Source of the DNA: Desulfotignum sp. | Lineage (GTDB): Bacteria > Desulfobacterota > Desulfobacteria > Desulfobacterales > Desulfobacteraceae | Direction of reading: 5' to 3' | Assembly (NCBI GenBank): GCA_035268565.1 | Contig: DATFKQ010000058.1 | Span: 6,295-70,294 of the forward strand | Length of the DNA: 64,000 bases | In this document: positions 37,573-47,486 of the stretch, piece after piece | How positions within the stretch are numbered: position 1 is the first letter of the stretch | Layout of the letters: the number at the start of each line of letters is the position of its first letter | Translations under genes and position numbers: made by a program | The notes under the pieces: generated by a model | Database searches by the model: none | Seen by the model: the letters and a program-made list of their open reading frames with translations, nothing else | Told to the model about the DNA's origin: nothing

Positions 37573-38934
37573 TTATTCTTGTTTTGTCCGGGCAATAATC
37601 TGGTCCAGTGTGTTTTCTATATCCTGCTGGATCTCATCGCGTCTGTCCGCTGTGAGCGCTTCAAACCGCAGCACCAGGGCAGGCTGGGTGTTGGAAGCCC
37701 GGACCAGCCCCCAGCCGTCCTCATATACCGCACGCATACCGTCAATATCTATGACCTTCTGTCTGTCCTTGTAATGGTCCACAATCTTTTTTACCACCGC
37801 AAATTTGATTTCATCCGGGCACTCTTTTCTGATTTCAGGGGTGGTAAACGTTTCGGGCAGATCCTGAATCAGTTCATCCACACCTTTGCCTGTGGCAGCC
37901 AGAATCTCCAGCAGCCGGCAGGTGGCATACAGGGCATCATCAAATCCAAAATACCGGTCCTTGAAAAACATATGCCCGCTCATTTCTCCGGCCAGTTCGG
38001 CATTTTCCTCTTTCATCTTTTTTTTGATCAGAGAATGGCCGGTGCGCCACATGACGGCCTTGCCGCCGTGCTTGCGGATATCATCATACATGACCATGGA
38101 GCACTTGACCTCGGAGATAAAGGTGGCCCCGGGCTTGCGGGTGAGGATTTCTCTGGCATAGATCACCATGAGCTGATCCCCGTAAATCACATTGCCCTTT
38201 GCATCCACCACACCGATGCGGTCTCCGTCCCCGTCATACCCCACACCGAGATCCAGGTTTTTTTCTCTTACCAGGGAGATCAGATCCCCCAGATTTTTTT
38301 TCTGGGTGGGATCTGCCTCGTGATTGGGGAAACTGCCGTCTGGATCACAAAAAATATCATGGACCTCGCACCCCAGTTCTTTGAGCACCGGCACTGCAGT
38401 AATACCGCCGGTACCGTTGCCGGCATCAATGCCTATGCGGATGGGGTGGGAGATAGTAATGTTTTCCAGAATAAATTTTTTATAGGGAGTGAGCACATCG
38501 GCCCGGGTGCGGTTTCCGGAACCGGTCACAAAGGCTTTTGTTTCAATAATCTGGCGGATCTCCTGTAGTCCCTGGCTGTGGATGGAATCATGCCCGCTCA
38601 TGAGCTTGAAGCCATTGTATTCAGGGGGGTTATGGCTGGCTGTAACCATGGCCCCGCCTTCCAGATCCAGATGGTGAATGGAAAAATACAGCACCGGTGT
38701 GGGGCAAAGGCCTATGTCCACGACATCACAGCCGGTTGACAAAATGCCCTGGATAAAAAGATCGGTATACTTTTCCGAGGTGAGGCGGCAATCCCGGCCC
38801 ACTGACACCTTGTGTTTGTTCTGTTGATGCAGCATGGTACCAAAGGCTTTTCCAATATTTTTAACATCATCGTCCAGGATATCAACACCGGCCACTCCCC
38901 GGATATCATATTCTCTGAAAATCCCAGTATGCAT
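37573..38934 (-). CDS. phosphomannomutase/phosphoglucomutase
   Basis: 453 aa. Active-site phosphoserine loop TASHNPPEYNGFK; metal loop GVGYDGDGDR; sugar loop GEMSGH. Confidence 0.93.
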   Translation of the reverse strand: MHTGIFREYDIRGVAGVDILDDDVKNIGKAFGTMLHQQNKHKVSVGRDCRLTSEKYTDLFIQGILSTGCDVVDIGLCPTPVLYFSIHHLDLEGGAMVTASHNPPEYNGFKLMSGHDSIHSQGLQEIRQIIETKAFVTGSGNRTRADVLTPYKKFILENITISHPIRIGIDAGNGTGGITAVPVLKELGCEVHDIFCDPDGSFPNHEADPTQKKNLGDLISLVREKNLDLGVGYDGDGDRIGVVDAKGNVIYGDQLMVIYAREILTRKPGATFISEVKCSMVMYDDIRKHGGKAVMWRTGHSLIKKKMKEENAELAGEMSGHMFFKDRYFGFDDALYATCRLLEILAATGKGVDELIQDLPETFTTPEIRKECPDEIKFAVVKKIVDHYKDRQKVIDIDGMRAVYEDGWGLVRASNTQPALVLRFEALTADRRDEIQQDIENTLDQIIARTKQE

Positions 38935-38952
38935 ATGTCCTCCTTTAAGATT

Positions 38953-39774
38953 TCAGTGTATGCTTGATAACAGAACCACAGTACCCACCAGCCAGCAATA
39001 GGGGGCAAACAAATGAAACTTTCCCGCATGAACCAGCTTTATCAATATTTTCAAGGCAACCAGGCCGGTGACAAATGCCACCAGTGTACCATAAATCATG
39101 GCTGCGTCAATGCCTGATCCCTGTTCTGAGTATCCCATAATACTGATCAGCTGCGCACCCAGAATAGCTGGAATGGACAGCAGAAACGAGAACATGGCAG
39201 CTGTATGGCGGTCAAGTCCGCAGAACATGCCGCAGGCAATGGTGGTACCGGCCCTGGAAATGCCGGGAATGACAGCCAGTCCCTGACTTGCTCCGATGAT
39301 CAGGGAGCGTTTCAGGTCAAGACCCTTGCTGGTAAGTTTTGTCTGGTAAAATTTGCGGGATATCCACAGAATGGTGCCGGTCACGATCATCATTGCACCC
39401 ACCAGCAGGCTGGAGGTAAACATGACCTCTTCAAAATTTTTTAAAAACATGCCCAGCAGGGCAGTGGGAACAGATCCCACCAGTATTAACAATGCCAGTT
39501 TCAGGTTTTTATCCGAGTGCACTGCCGCGGGTTTTCCCCGGACTATTCTGCCGGCACAGGCAAGCAATGCACTGGCCATGGCCCTGATATCGTAAAAATA
39601 TACCACAAACACCGCGCCCAGGGTTCCCATGTGCACACTGATATCAAAAGCCAGAACTGATTCGGTGATACCGAAAAAAAGCTGTCCCAGTACCAGGTGA
39701 CCGGAACTGCTCACCGGTAAAAACTCTGTCAATCCCTGTAAAATACCTAGAATAACTGCCTGGTAAATTTCCAT
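38953..39774 (-). CDS. uppP: undecaprenyl-diphosphate phosphatase
   Basis: 273 aa. BacA/UppP signature LTEFLPVSSSGH and PGISRAGTT. Confidence 0.95.
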   Translation of the reverse strand: MEIYQAVILGILQGLTEFLPVSSSGHLVLGQLFFGITESVLAFDISVHMGTLGAVFVVYFYDIRAMASALLACAGRIVRGKPAAVHSDKNLKLALLILVGSVPTALLGMFLKNFEEVMFTSSLLVGAMMIVTGTILWISRKFYQTKLTSKGLDLKRSLIIGASQGLAVIPGISRAGTTIACGMFCGLDRHTAAMFSFLLSIPAILGAQLISIMGYSEQGSGIDAAMIYGTLVAFVTGLVALKILIKLVHAGKFHLFAPYCWLVGTVVLLSSIH

Positions 39775-39970
39775 GTCTCTTTTTAATTTTTTATTGTTTT
39801 TTACTGTACCATACCCTAAAGGGTGCCTGGCATGGAGTGAACCAGGTACACTAAATAGTATTGTTGGCTGTAAATTGCAAGTGTATTATAGACACCGGAA
39901 CCTGCTTTTTAAGGTAAAAAAACAACCTTCCGGCTTCTGGGGTTTTACTGATTTTTATTTTATATTTCAG

Positions 39971-39998
39971 TTGATTTTACTCTGATGCATGTTATAAT
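39971..39998 (+). promoter_or_regulatory. strong extended -10 promoter upstream of the vWA-OmpA gene
   Basis: TTGATT (39971-39976), a 16-nt spacer containing TG at 39990-39991, then TATAAT (39993-39998). This matches TGnTATAAT and predicts a ~168-nt leader before ATG 40173. Confidence 0.6.
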
Positions 39999-40172
39999 CT
40001 TTATATCATGTTAGTTTTAGCGCCTTACTTCTCAGTTCGTGTTTAGAAAAACAAGAAAATTGAGGAGGGGGACCTGGGTTGCGGATTTCCCGCGTTAGTT
40101 TATTGTTGTTTCAGAACGAGGGTATTCTTTCCATTACCAACCACCATGTTTCAAATCTGAAAGGAGAAAAAT

Positions 40173-41351
40173 ATGAAAAAAAAGATTCTACTTCAAAGCC
40201 TTTTATCTGTTCTCGCTTTTGTTTTTCTGTTCGGCTGTGCAACAAAGGAGCCGGCCCAATTTCCATCATTCGTCGCCCACCAGTTTGATGCAGACCAGTA
40301 TGTATCAAAGGTGGACAATTTTGTGGTAATTCTGGATGCTTCCAGTTCCATGCGGTATGACTTCAATGGCAACACCAAATTCGATACTGCCAAAACCATT
40401 GTCCAGCGCCTGAACATGACCCTGCCGGAGCTGGGACAGACCGCAGGCCTTCGGTCATTCGGGCACCTCCCCTCTGTTTCCAAAAACCTGACCGAATTGT
40501 TCTACGGCATGGAAACCTACAGCACAGCAGGTATGGCTGACGCGCTGATTGAAATTTTCCGGCCCGGCGGCATGAGCCCCCTGGGAACTGCTCTGGATGC
40601 AGCGCAGACAGATCTGGAGGGATTGCCCGGCGTACATAATGCCGTGGTCATCGTCAGTGACGGCAAGGAAATGGACGATAAAAACGTGCGTAACCGGGCC
40701 CAGGACTTAAAAGACAAATTCGGTTCCTCCTTGTGCATCTACACGGTTCTGGTGGGGGATGCCCCGGAAGGCCGCCAGCTGCTTCAGGATATCGCAGACA
40801 TCGGTGAATGCGGATTTTTCGCTACTGCTGACGACATTATGACCGGTGCCGGCATGGCTGATTTTGTAGAAAAAGCATTTATGATGGCAAAAACTGCGCC
40901 TGCGCCTGCACCTGCGCCTGTAACCGCACCCAGAAAAGATTCCGATGGAGACGGGGTATATGATGAAGCTGACCAGTGTCCGGGAACTCCTGCTGGTGCA
41001 CGGGTAAATTCTGTGGGCTGCTGGACCCTTGACAATGTCCTGTTTGATTTTGACAAGGCTGAAATCAAACCTGAAGCCTATCCCTTACTGGACGAAGTTG
41101 TGGCCATTATGAAAAAGAACCCGGCCATGAGCGTTGAAATTCAGGGACATACCGACAATATAGGCACCAAAGAATATAACAAAGACCTGTCCATGAGACG
41201 GGCCAATGCTGTTGCCAACTATCTTGTGAAAAAAGGCATTGCAAGAAACCGCCTGGCAACCACTGGATTCGGATTCAGCAAGCCGGTGGCCCTCAACGGC
41301 ACCAAGTTCGGACGCTCCCTCAACAGACGGGTTGAGCTTCATCCATATTAA
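40173..41351 (+). CDS. lipoprotein with vWA domain, thrombospondin type-3 (Ca-binding) repeat, and OmpA-like peptidoglycan-binding domain
   Basis: 392 aa. Lipobox LFGC; MIDAS motif VILDASSSM; PAPAPAP linker; DSDGDGVYDEADQCP; OmpA_C motifs FDFDKAEI, GHTDNIG, NRRVEL. GGAG RBS. Confidence 0.9.
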   Translation: MKKKILLQSLLSVLAFVFLFGCATKEPAQFPSFVAHQFDADQYVSKVDNFVVILDASSSMRYDFNGNTKFDTAKTIVQRLNMTLPELGQTAGLRSFGHLPSVSKNLTELFYGMETYSTAGMADALIEIFRPGGMSPLGTALDAAQTDLEGLPGVHNAVVIVSDGKEMDDKNVRNRAQDLKDKFGSSLCIYTVLVGDAPEGRQLLQDIADIGECGFFATADDIMTGAGMADFVEKAFMMAKTAPAPAPAPVTAPRKDSDGDGVYDEADQCPGTPAGARVNSVGCWTLDNVLFDFDKAEIKPEAYPLLDEVVAIMKKNPAMSVEIQGHTDNIGTKEYNKDLSMRRANAVANYLVKKGIARNRLATTGFGFSKPVALNGTKFGRSLNRRVELHPY

Positions 41352-41417
41352 ACTGTACTAAACGCTTCCGGGTAAGATGTTTTTTCCGGAAGCGCAAAAA
41401 CAAAAACGGTTAACTGT

Positions 41418-41460
41418 AACAGGGCGGCAGGTCAAAAAATCTGCCGCCCTGTTCTGTTTT
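41418..41460. terminator. bidirectional intrinsic terminator between the convergent vWA-OmpA and moeA-PBP genes
   Basis: 13-bp perfect stem AACAGGGCGGCAG (41418-41430) / CTGCCGCCCTGTT (41441-41453), with T-rich sequence on both sides. A second hairpin, CGCTTCCGG/CCGGAAGCG, is at 41363-41394. Confidence 0.75.
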
Positions 41461-41480
41461 GTGCAGGGCGTGCAGGAGGT

Positions 41481-43418
41481 TCAGCTCTTTTGCTGAAAAA
41501 TCTGCTGACCGGTTTTTTGCACCCCATAGCCGCCCAGATTCAGAACCCGTTTTTGAAAACCGTCTGTTGCAATGGTATCCAGCAGGATCCTGATATTGGG
41601 GTTGGTGAAAAACTGCTCTAAAATAACCAGGTCATAGGATTCAGTAACAACAGGAATAAAATCCAGATCCAGGGCCCGGGCCGCTGCCAGGATACCCAGC
41701 CCGGCATCTGCCCGTCCGGAGAGCACGGCTACGGCAACCGACATATGGGTGTATTCATCATTCTCATACCCCTGGATGTCACCCGGTACCAATCCCAGCG
41801 CCCCCAGTTTGTAATCAAATAAAATCCGGGTGCCTGAACCGGGCTGGCGGTTGATGAACCGCAGTTTTTTGGCCTTCAGGTCTTCAATGGACTGAATACC
41901 TTTGGGATTGCCTTTGGGCACAATCAGACCCTGTTCGCGCATGACCAGGTTCACCAGACGCAAAGGGATATTCGGGAGGTATTTTTTGATATAGGAAATA
42001 TTATAGGTGCCGTCATCCGGATCCAGCAGATGGACCCCTGCCAGGTGACAGGCCTTGTTCCGGATGGCCATAATTCCGCCCATACTTCCCACATGACTGG
42101 AGGAAATGCCCATACCGCCATGGAATCTGCGCATCTGGTCTGCCAGCAGATCCAGGGTGTTGTCATGGGATCCTGTAACCACCAGTGTGTTTTTTATGGC
42201 TGACAAGGGCCTGAGCAGCCGGGCCGTGACGGTCTGGTCTTCTGAGATTCCTTCCACATTCCGGGGAATCCGTATTATGCCGTCTGCTTCGGTAAGGGTG
42301 GTGATACTGCCTGAACCCCGGGGCAGCTGGGAAGCAATCAATTTTTCCGCCACTGCACCTATTTTAACCCGTAAAAATTCATCCTGGCCCAGCTTCGACG
42401 TAATGTTCCGGGCCACAGAGACAGGAACCGAACTGGTCTGCAGCTCAGGCAGTTTCTGCATTCTGCGCAAAAGCGGTCCTGCAAACTGCTCAAAGGCCAC
42501 AATAGCGGAAACAGGATATCCGGGGATGCCGAACACGGGTTTTTCAAACACCTTGCCCATCAATACCGGTTTTCCGGGCATCATGGTAACCCCGTGCACC
42601 AGCACCTGGCCCAGAGCAGCAACCACATGCCGGGCAAAATCCTCAGATCCGGCTGATGAACCGCCGATAATGCAGACCATATCATAATCTTCCTTTGCAG
42701 CTTTGGCCACAGCATCGGTAATCTTGTCGCGGTCGTCTTCAAGCATGGGGTGGCAGTCAAAATACGCACCGTTGTCCTGGCACAGGGCGCCCAGAACCGT
42801 GGAATTGGATTCAACCACCTGGCCCGGTGCAAGCTGTTCCACCTGCACCGCATCCCACCGGACCAGTTCAGAGCCGGTGGGAATGATGAGAACTTTGGGT
42901 TTCTTATAAACCGCTACCCTGAAAATGCCGCCGGAAAGCAAAGCACCCATAGCATAGGCATTGATCTGCTGCCCCCTGGGAAACAAAAGCTTGGTGGCAA
43001 CGATATCTTCTCCCATTTTGCGGACATGCTGCCAGGGAAATACCGGTGCTTCAATTTCAATGGTCTGCTCATCAATGACATTCACCTGTTCGATCATGAT
43101 AACGGCATTGGTCCCCTCGGGCATGGCATGGCCGGTATTTATCCAGAAAGCATCTTTTCCCGGGACAAGGGTTTTTGGTGCATCATCGCTGGCCCCGAAG
43201 GTATTTCTGGCATCCACTGCAACGCCGTCCATGGCAGCGGCATGGAAGTTGGGGCTGGACAGCACTGCAATGGCAGGGGATGCCAGGACCCTGCCCCGGG
43301 CAGCGGTCACATCAATTGTTTCCACGGGGGTAATGTGTTCTTTAAAAGTATCCACCAGTATCTGCCATGCGGTTTCAATGGGTTTGGTATCCAGATATAT
43401 GTTGCGTTTTGATGTCAT
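41481..43418 (-). CDS. moeA: molybdopterin molybdotransferase MoeA fused to a C-terminal periplasmic-binding-protein-like (molybdate/tungstate-binding-type) domain
   Basis: 645 aa. The first ~410 aa are MoeA (AMDGVAV, IIPTGSEL, IIGGSSAGSEDF, PGKP, GIPGYPVS). The C-terminal ~230 aa (FINRQPGSGTRILFD...) resembles a PBP type-II anion-binding fold. Confidence 0.88.
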   Translation of the reverse strand: MTSKRNIYLDTKPIETAWQILVDTFKEHITPVETIDVTAARGRVLASPAIAVLSSPNFHAAAMDGVAVDARNTFGASDDAPKTLVPGKDAFWINTGHAMPEGTNAVIMIEQVNVIDEQTIEIEAPVFPWQHVRKMGEDIVATKLLFPRGQQINAYAMGALLSGGIFRVAVYKKPKVLIIPTGSELVRWDAVQVEQLAPGQVVESNSTVLGALCQDNGAYFDCHPMLEDDRDKITDAVAKAAKEDYDMVCIIGGSSAGSEDFARHVVAALGQVLVHGVTMMPGKPVLMGKVFEKPVFGIPGYPVSAIVAFEQFAGPLLRRMQKLPELQTSSVPVSVARNITSKLGQDEFLRVKIGAVAEKLIASQLPRGSGSITTLTEADGIIRIPRNVEGISEDQTVTARLLRPLSAIKNTLVVTGSHDNTLDLLADQMRRFHGGMGISSSHVGSMGGIMAIRNKACHLAGVHLLDPDDGTYNISYIKKYLPNIPLRLVNLVMREQGLIVPKGNPKGIQSIEDLKAKKLRFINRQPGSGTRILFDYKLGALGLVPGDIQGYENDEYTHMSVAVAVLSGRADAGLGILAAARALDLDFIPVVTESYDLVILEQFFTNPNIRILLDTIATDGFQKRVLNLGGYGVQKTGQQIFQQKS

Positions 43419-43558
43419 GACTGTTTTCCCTGATATGTTTTTATGAAAGGGATAAGTTTTCAGCTGATGCCTGACTGCTTATACTTTCATTATTTGTTGC
43501 GCCCGGAAGGGCATGGGTGTTATTGAAAATATTTGTTTAATGAAAAATCCGGCTGATA

Positions 43559-44785
43559 TTACAGGAGAATTACCTGGGTCCATGTATCTTTTTCCAGACC
43601 TTCCAGATTTTCTCCGATATCCAGAAGCCCGTCTGCATGCACCATGGTCCGGATAAGACCGGATTTCCCCAGCACCGGTTTTGCCATCAGACCGGCTGGT
43701 CCGTTTTCCAGCGTCACCCGGATAAAATCGCGCCGTCCCTGGGCAGAGGCAACATTCCGGGTCAGCCTGGCAGGTACCCGCACCAGGGGTCTGGGTGCGG
43801 CATATCCCTGAATCCTGTGCAGAAACGGCACCACCACCATTTTCATCACCACCATGGCTGACACCACCTGGCCGGGCAGCCCCCATACTGGGATGGTGCC
43901 GCTTTTTGCCAGAATAGTGGGTTTGCCCGGGCTCACCGACATGCCGTGGACCAGGATATCCGTATCCGGAAGATCTGACAGCACTTCCACTGTATAATCC
44001 CGGGTTCCCACGGAACTGCCCCCTGATATGAGCACCATGTCGGTTTCAGCCAGGGCCTGCTCACAGCAGGTCTTCAATGCCCGGGGATCATCTTTGATAA
44101 TTCCATATTGTACAGGCTGTGCATGGGCCTGCTGCACAAACCCTGAAAGGGTATAGGAGTTTATGTCCCGGATACGGCCTGGAGAAGGCTTTTCATGGAT
44201 GGGAATGATTTCATCTCCGGTGGAAATAATGCCCACCCTGGGCACCTGGTGTACCGGCAGAGTTAAAAAACCCATACCGGCTGCAAGTCCCACCTCCTGG
44301 GGGCGCATAAAAGTACCGGCCGGCAGGACCACGTCCCCTGTTTTATAATCTTCATCTTCAGCAATGACGTTCTGCAAAGGTGCAACACTTTTGTAGATTT
44401 CCAGGGAGGTCTCATCTATGATCCGGGTATGTTCCACCATGACAACAGCATCCGCACCCCGGGGCAGCATACCGCCAGTGGCTATAGCCGCGGCTTTACC
44501 CGGTGCCAGCACAAAATCAGGCATCCGGCCCATGGGGATGGATCCCTGGATATCAAGCCATGCCGGCGTGGATTCCGAGGCCCCGAAAGAAGCAGAGGCC
44601 TGGATGGCATATCCGTCCATGGTGGCCCGCCGAAATCCAGGCATGTTTACGGGCGCTGTCACATCCTGTGCCAGTATCCGGGAAAATGCGGATGCCACGG
44701 CAATGGTTTCCGCCTCTTTGGGTCCAAACTGCTGCTGCAAGGCCATGACTTCATCAAGGGTTTTTACTTTAAAAAAATGGCTCAT
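43559..44785 (-). CDS. moeA: molybdopterin molybdotransferase MoeA (stand-alone)
   Basis: 408 aa. [45 protein letters not shown] overlap with dapL upstream. Confidence 0.92.
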   Translation of the reverse strand: MSHFFKVKTLDEVMALQQQFGPKEAETIAVASAFSRILAQDVTAPVNMPGFRRATMDGYAIQASASFGASESTPAWLDIQGSIPMGRMPDFVLAPGKAAAIATGGMLPRGADAVVMVEHTRIIDETSLEIYKSVAPLQNVIAEDEDYKTGDVVLPAGTFMRPQEVGLAAGMGFLTLPVHQVPRVGIISTGDEIIPIHEKPSPGRIRDINSYTLSGFVQQAHAQPVQYGIIKDDPRALKTCCEQALAETDMVLISGGSSVGTRDYTVEVLSDLPDTDILVHGMSVSPGKPTILAKSGTIPVWGLPGQVVSAMVVMKMVVVPFLHRIQGYAAPRPLVRVPARLTRNVASAQGRRDFIRVTLENGPAGLMAKPVLGKSGLIRTMVHADGLLDIGENLEGLEKDTWTQVILL

Positions 44786-46008
44786 TTCAGGGCCTCTTTT
44801 ATTCTTTCCATGGCAAGGTTCACATTGCTGCGGCTGTTAAACGCAGAGATACGGATATAAGGATTGCCGCACCGTCCAAATCCGCCGCCCGGGGTGCACA
44901 CCACTGATGCCCGGTTGAGCAGCAGATCAAAAAATTCCCAGGAATCTCTGCCCTGACCGTCCACCCAGATATAGGGGGAATTTTTTCCGCCTGCATAAGC
45001 AAAACCCAGATTTTCAACCGTCTGGCAGATGATATCTGCATTTTCCAGATACAGGGCCACCAGTTCTTTTATCTGTTCTTGGCCCTCACGGGAATACACT
45101 GCTTCAGCCGCTTTCTGGACCGGGTAGGAAACGCCGTTGAATTTGGTGCTCTGCCGCCGGTGCCACAATCCATGCAGAGAAATCACATCACCTTTGCCGG
45201 AAAAAACACGGCATTCCTTAGGCACCACGGTGAACCCGCAGCGGGTACCGGTAAACCCGGCTGTCTTGGAAAAACTTCTGAACTCCACAGCCACTTTGGC
45301 TGCCCCCTCAATTTCATAAATGCTTCTGGGCAGGGTCTCATCCCGGATAAAAGCCTCATATGCCGCATCAAACAGAATCAATGCCTTGGTTTGTCTTGCA
45401 TAGTCCACCCATGCGGCAAGGTCCGATTTTGTGGCACAGGTGCCTGTGGGGTTGTTGGGAAAACACAGGTAAATAAGATCCACAGGTTCTTTTGGGATCT
45501 GCGGAAGAAAATCATTTTCCTTAAGACAGTCCATGTAGACAATATTCTGGTATCTGCCGTGTTTGAACATACCGGTTCTGCCGGCCATGACATTGGTGTC
45601 CAGATACACCGGATATACCGGATCGGGAATGGCAATTTTTATATCCCGGGCAAACAGTTCCTGAAAATTGGCGGTGTCGCATTTGGCCCCGTCACTGACA
45701 AAGATTTCATCAGCAGAAATATCAGCACCCCTGGCCTGGTAATCATGGACGGCAATTTTTTCGCGTAAAAACCCATAGCCCTGTTCCGGGCCATATCCTT
45801 TGAAGGTGGTGTCCCGGGCCATCTCATCCACGCCTTGATGAAAGGCTGCAATAACAGCCGGAGCCAGGGGCTGGGTTACATCTCCGATGCCAAGGCGTAT
45901 GATCCGGGCATCGGGATTGTTTTTTTGAAACAGGGTCACGCGCTGTGCAATATCTGAAAAAAGATAAGAAGCCTGCAGCTTCTGGTAATTTTCATTGGCT
46001 CTGATCAT
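44782..46008 (-). CDS. dapL: LL-diaminopimelate aminotransferase (DapL)
   Basis: 408 aa. Family-typical start [20 protein letters not shown] and [11 protein letters not shown]; PLP-Lys region [16 protein letters not shown]. Confidence 0.92.
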   Translation of the reverse strand: MIRANENYQKLQASYLFSDIAQRVTLFQKNNPDARIIRLGIGDVTQPLAPAVIAAFHQGVDEMARDTTFKGYGPEQGYGFLREKIAVHDYQARGADISADEIFVSDGAKCDTANFQELFARDIKIAIPDPVYPVYLDTNVMAGRTGMFKHGRYQNIVYMDCLKENDFLPQIPKEPVDLIYLCFPNNPTGTCATKSDLAAWVDYARQTKALILFDAAYEAFIRDETLPRSIYEIEGAAKVAVEFRSFSKTAGFTGTRCGFTVVPKECRVFSGKGDVISLHGLWHRRQSTKFNGVSYPVQKAAEAVYSREGQEQIKELVALYLENADIICQTVENLGFAYAGGKNSPYIWVDGQGRDSWEFFDLLLNRASVVCTPGGGFGRCGNPYIRISAFNSRSNVNLAMERIKEALK

Positions 46009-46064
46009 GGATTTTCCTTTCTGTTTTCAATTTTTATGCCTGTCGGTCTGGAAATGACGAAAAA

Positions 46065-47486
46065 TCAGGCAGAGATGACGGTCTGCCTGAGAAATTCAGG
46101 CAAAAGATTATACACCTCTTTTGGGGTTCGGATGCTCCGACCGCTGTCAATGTCCAGCAGCGGATCCGACTTGGAACTGCCCAGATCCAGCGGTTCTGAA
46201 CTGCGGTTCAGGGTTCTGCCGCTGGTATCGGTGAAAGGCAGTATCAGGGGGCCCTTGCTTTCCAGCACGTAGGCCATCTGCTGGTTCTTCAGAAAGACGA
46301 TGCTGCCCGGAGGATAAATACCGATACTTTTAACAAATGCATGAAGAATGAACTGCAGCATGGTGTTTTTTTTCACATATTTGCGAAACACCTCGGTGAC
46401 GGCGGAAATCTGGTTCAGGGCTTCCTTATAACTGCGCCTGGAGGTCATGGCATCATAGATATCGGCCAGCTTGCATATCTTTACATACAAAGGAATATCA
46501 CTGCTTTTTCTGTCAGAGGGATAACACCCTTCTTCATTCTGAAACAATGGGGCATGGTGATAGGCAACAATATTTTTGACAATTGCATTGCTCAGGTTGT
46601 TTTTTTCAAGAAGATCAACGCCATATTCATAGGAATGGCGCTTGATAATATCAAATTCTTTGGGGGTCAGGCGGCCGGTTTTGTTGAGCAGAGGTTCGGG
46701 AATCATCACCTTGCCGATATCATAAAGAAAAAATCCCAGGGACATATCTTTGAGTTCATCTGGATAATAATACCTGAATCCCCGATCTGTAGCGTCTTTT
46801 GCCTGAAACACGTTGCCTGGGATATCTGCACTGTTTTCAGATAAAAATGTTTCTACCGTGCTGGAAAAATGCCTGTTGAACCTGTGAACGACAGCAGTAC
46901 CTATGGCGCAGACATTAATGGAATGGTTGAACAGATAATCGTCAAAGGAAAGTATCTCCCTGCCCAAATATGAAAAAGGATGGCCGTTGGACACCAGAAA
47001 TTTGGACAGTGAATATACCTGCTCTTCCAGCGCCTTTGTATCAAAACGGCCGTTGTTGTCTTTTATCTGTCCTATGGTTTGTTTTATGGCTTCCTTTGCT
47101 TTCTGGTAGGCAATTGCCGCCTGTTTCTTTATATCTTCTATTTCCTGGAGCCGCTGCCCTACATCCCCGGCAAACTGTTTTTTTTCCGGCTGCGGGGGCA
47201 GAGGAACCGCCTTGTCACGGGGGGCTGGATCAACAGCCCCATCCCGGGTAAATTGGATCCGGTTCCCGTTTTCATCCCAGAGGCCCCCGTCATTGGCTGC
47301 ATTGACCATCACTGACCGAATACCATTTTCTTTGATGATTTCCAGGATCCGGGGCTTTTCAACAAGAATGGTTTTTTCCAGCAGCAGCGTTCCTTTGGAA
47401 TTATAGACATCCACACCTGTCTTAACTTTTCCGCCTGATCTCACAACCGCAATAAGGTTGTCAATGGTCACCATGGTATTGGTCAT
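46065..47486 (-). CDS. HD-GYP domain protein (putative cyclic-di-GMP phosphodiesterase) with DUF3391-like N-terminal domain
   Basis: 473 aa. HD motif region HSINVCAIG...LYDIGKV and HHAP...GCYP (the GYP position), then ADIYDAMTSRRSYK. Confidence 0.85.
   Translation of the reverse strand: MTNTMVTIDNLIAVVRSGGKVKTGVDVYNSKGTLLLEKTILVEKPRILEIIKENGIRSVMVNAANDGGLWDENGNRIQFTRDGAVDPAPRDKAVPLPPQPEKKQFAGDVGQRLQEIEDIKKQAAIAYQKAKEAIKQTIGQIKDNNGRFDTKALEEQVYSLSKFLVSNGHPFSYLGREILSFDDYLFNHSINVCAIGTAVVHRFNRHFSSTVETFLSENSADIPGNVFQAKDATDRGFRYYYPDELKDMSLGFFLYDIGKVMIPEPLLNKTGRLTPKEFDIIKRHSYEYGVDLLEKNNLSNAIVKNIVAYHHAPLFQNEEGCYPSDRKSSDIPLYVKICKLADIYDAMTSRRSYKEALNQISAVTEVFRKYVKKNTMLQFILHAFVKSIGIYPPGSIVFLKNQQMAYVLESKGPLILPFTDTSGRTLNRSSEPLDLGSSKSDPLLDIDSGRSIRTPKEVYNLLPEFLRQTVISA

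Noticed and set aside
43419-43558. Possible Moco riboswitch in the 140-nt spacer between the two moeA genes. I also checked for SAM/B12 riboswitches upstream of the Hcy methyltransferase (20841-21048) and a c-di-GMP riboswitch in the vWA-OmpA leader.
   Set aside because: I could not find the conserved cores of these riboswitch classes by eye. A covariance-model scan would be needed. Not reported as features.
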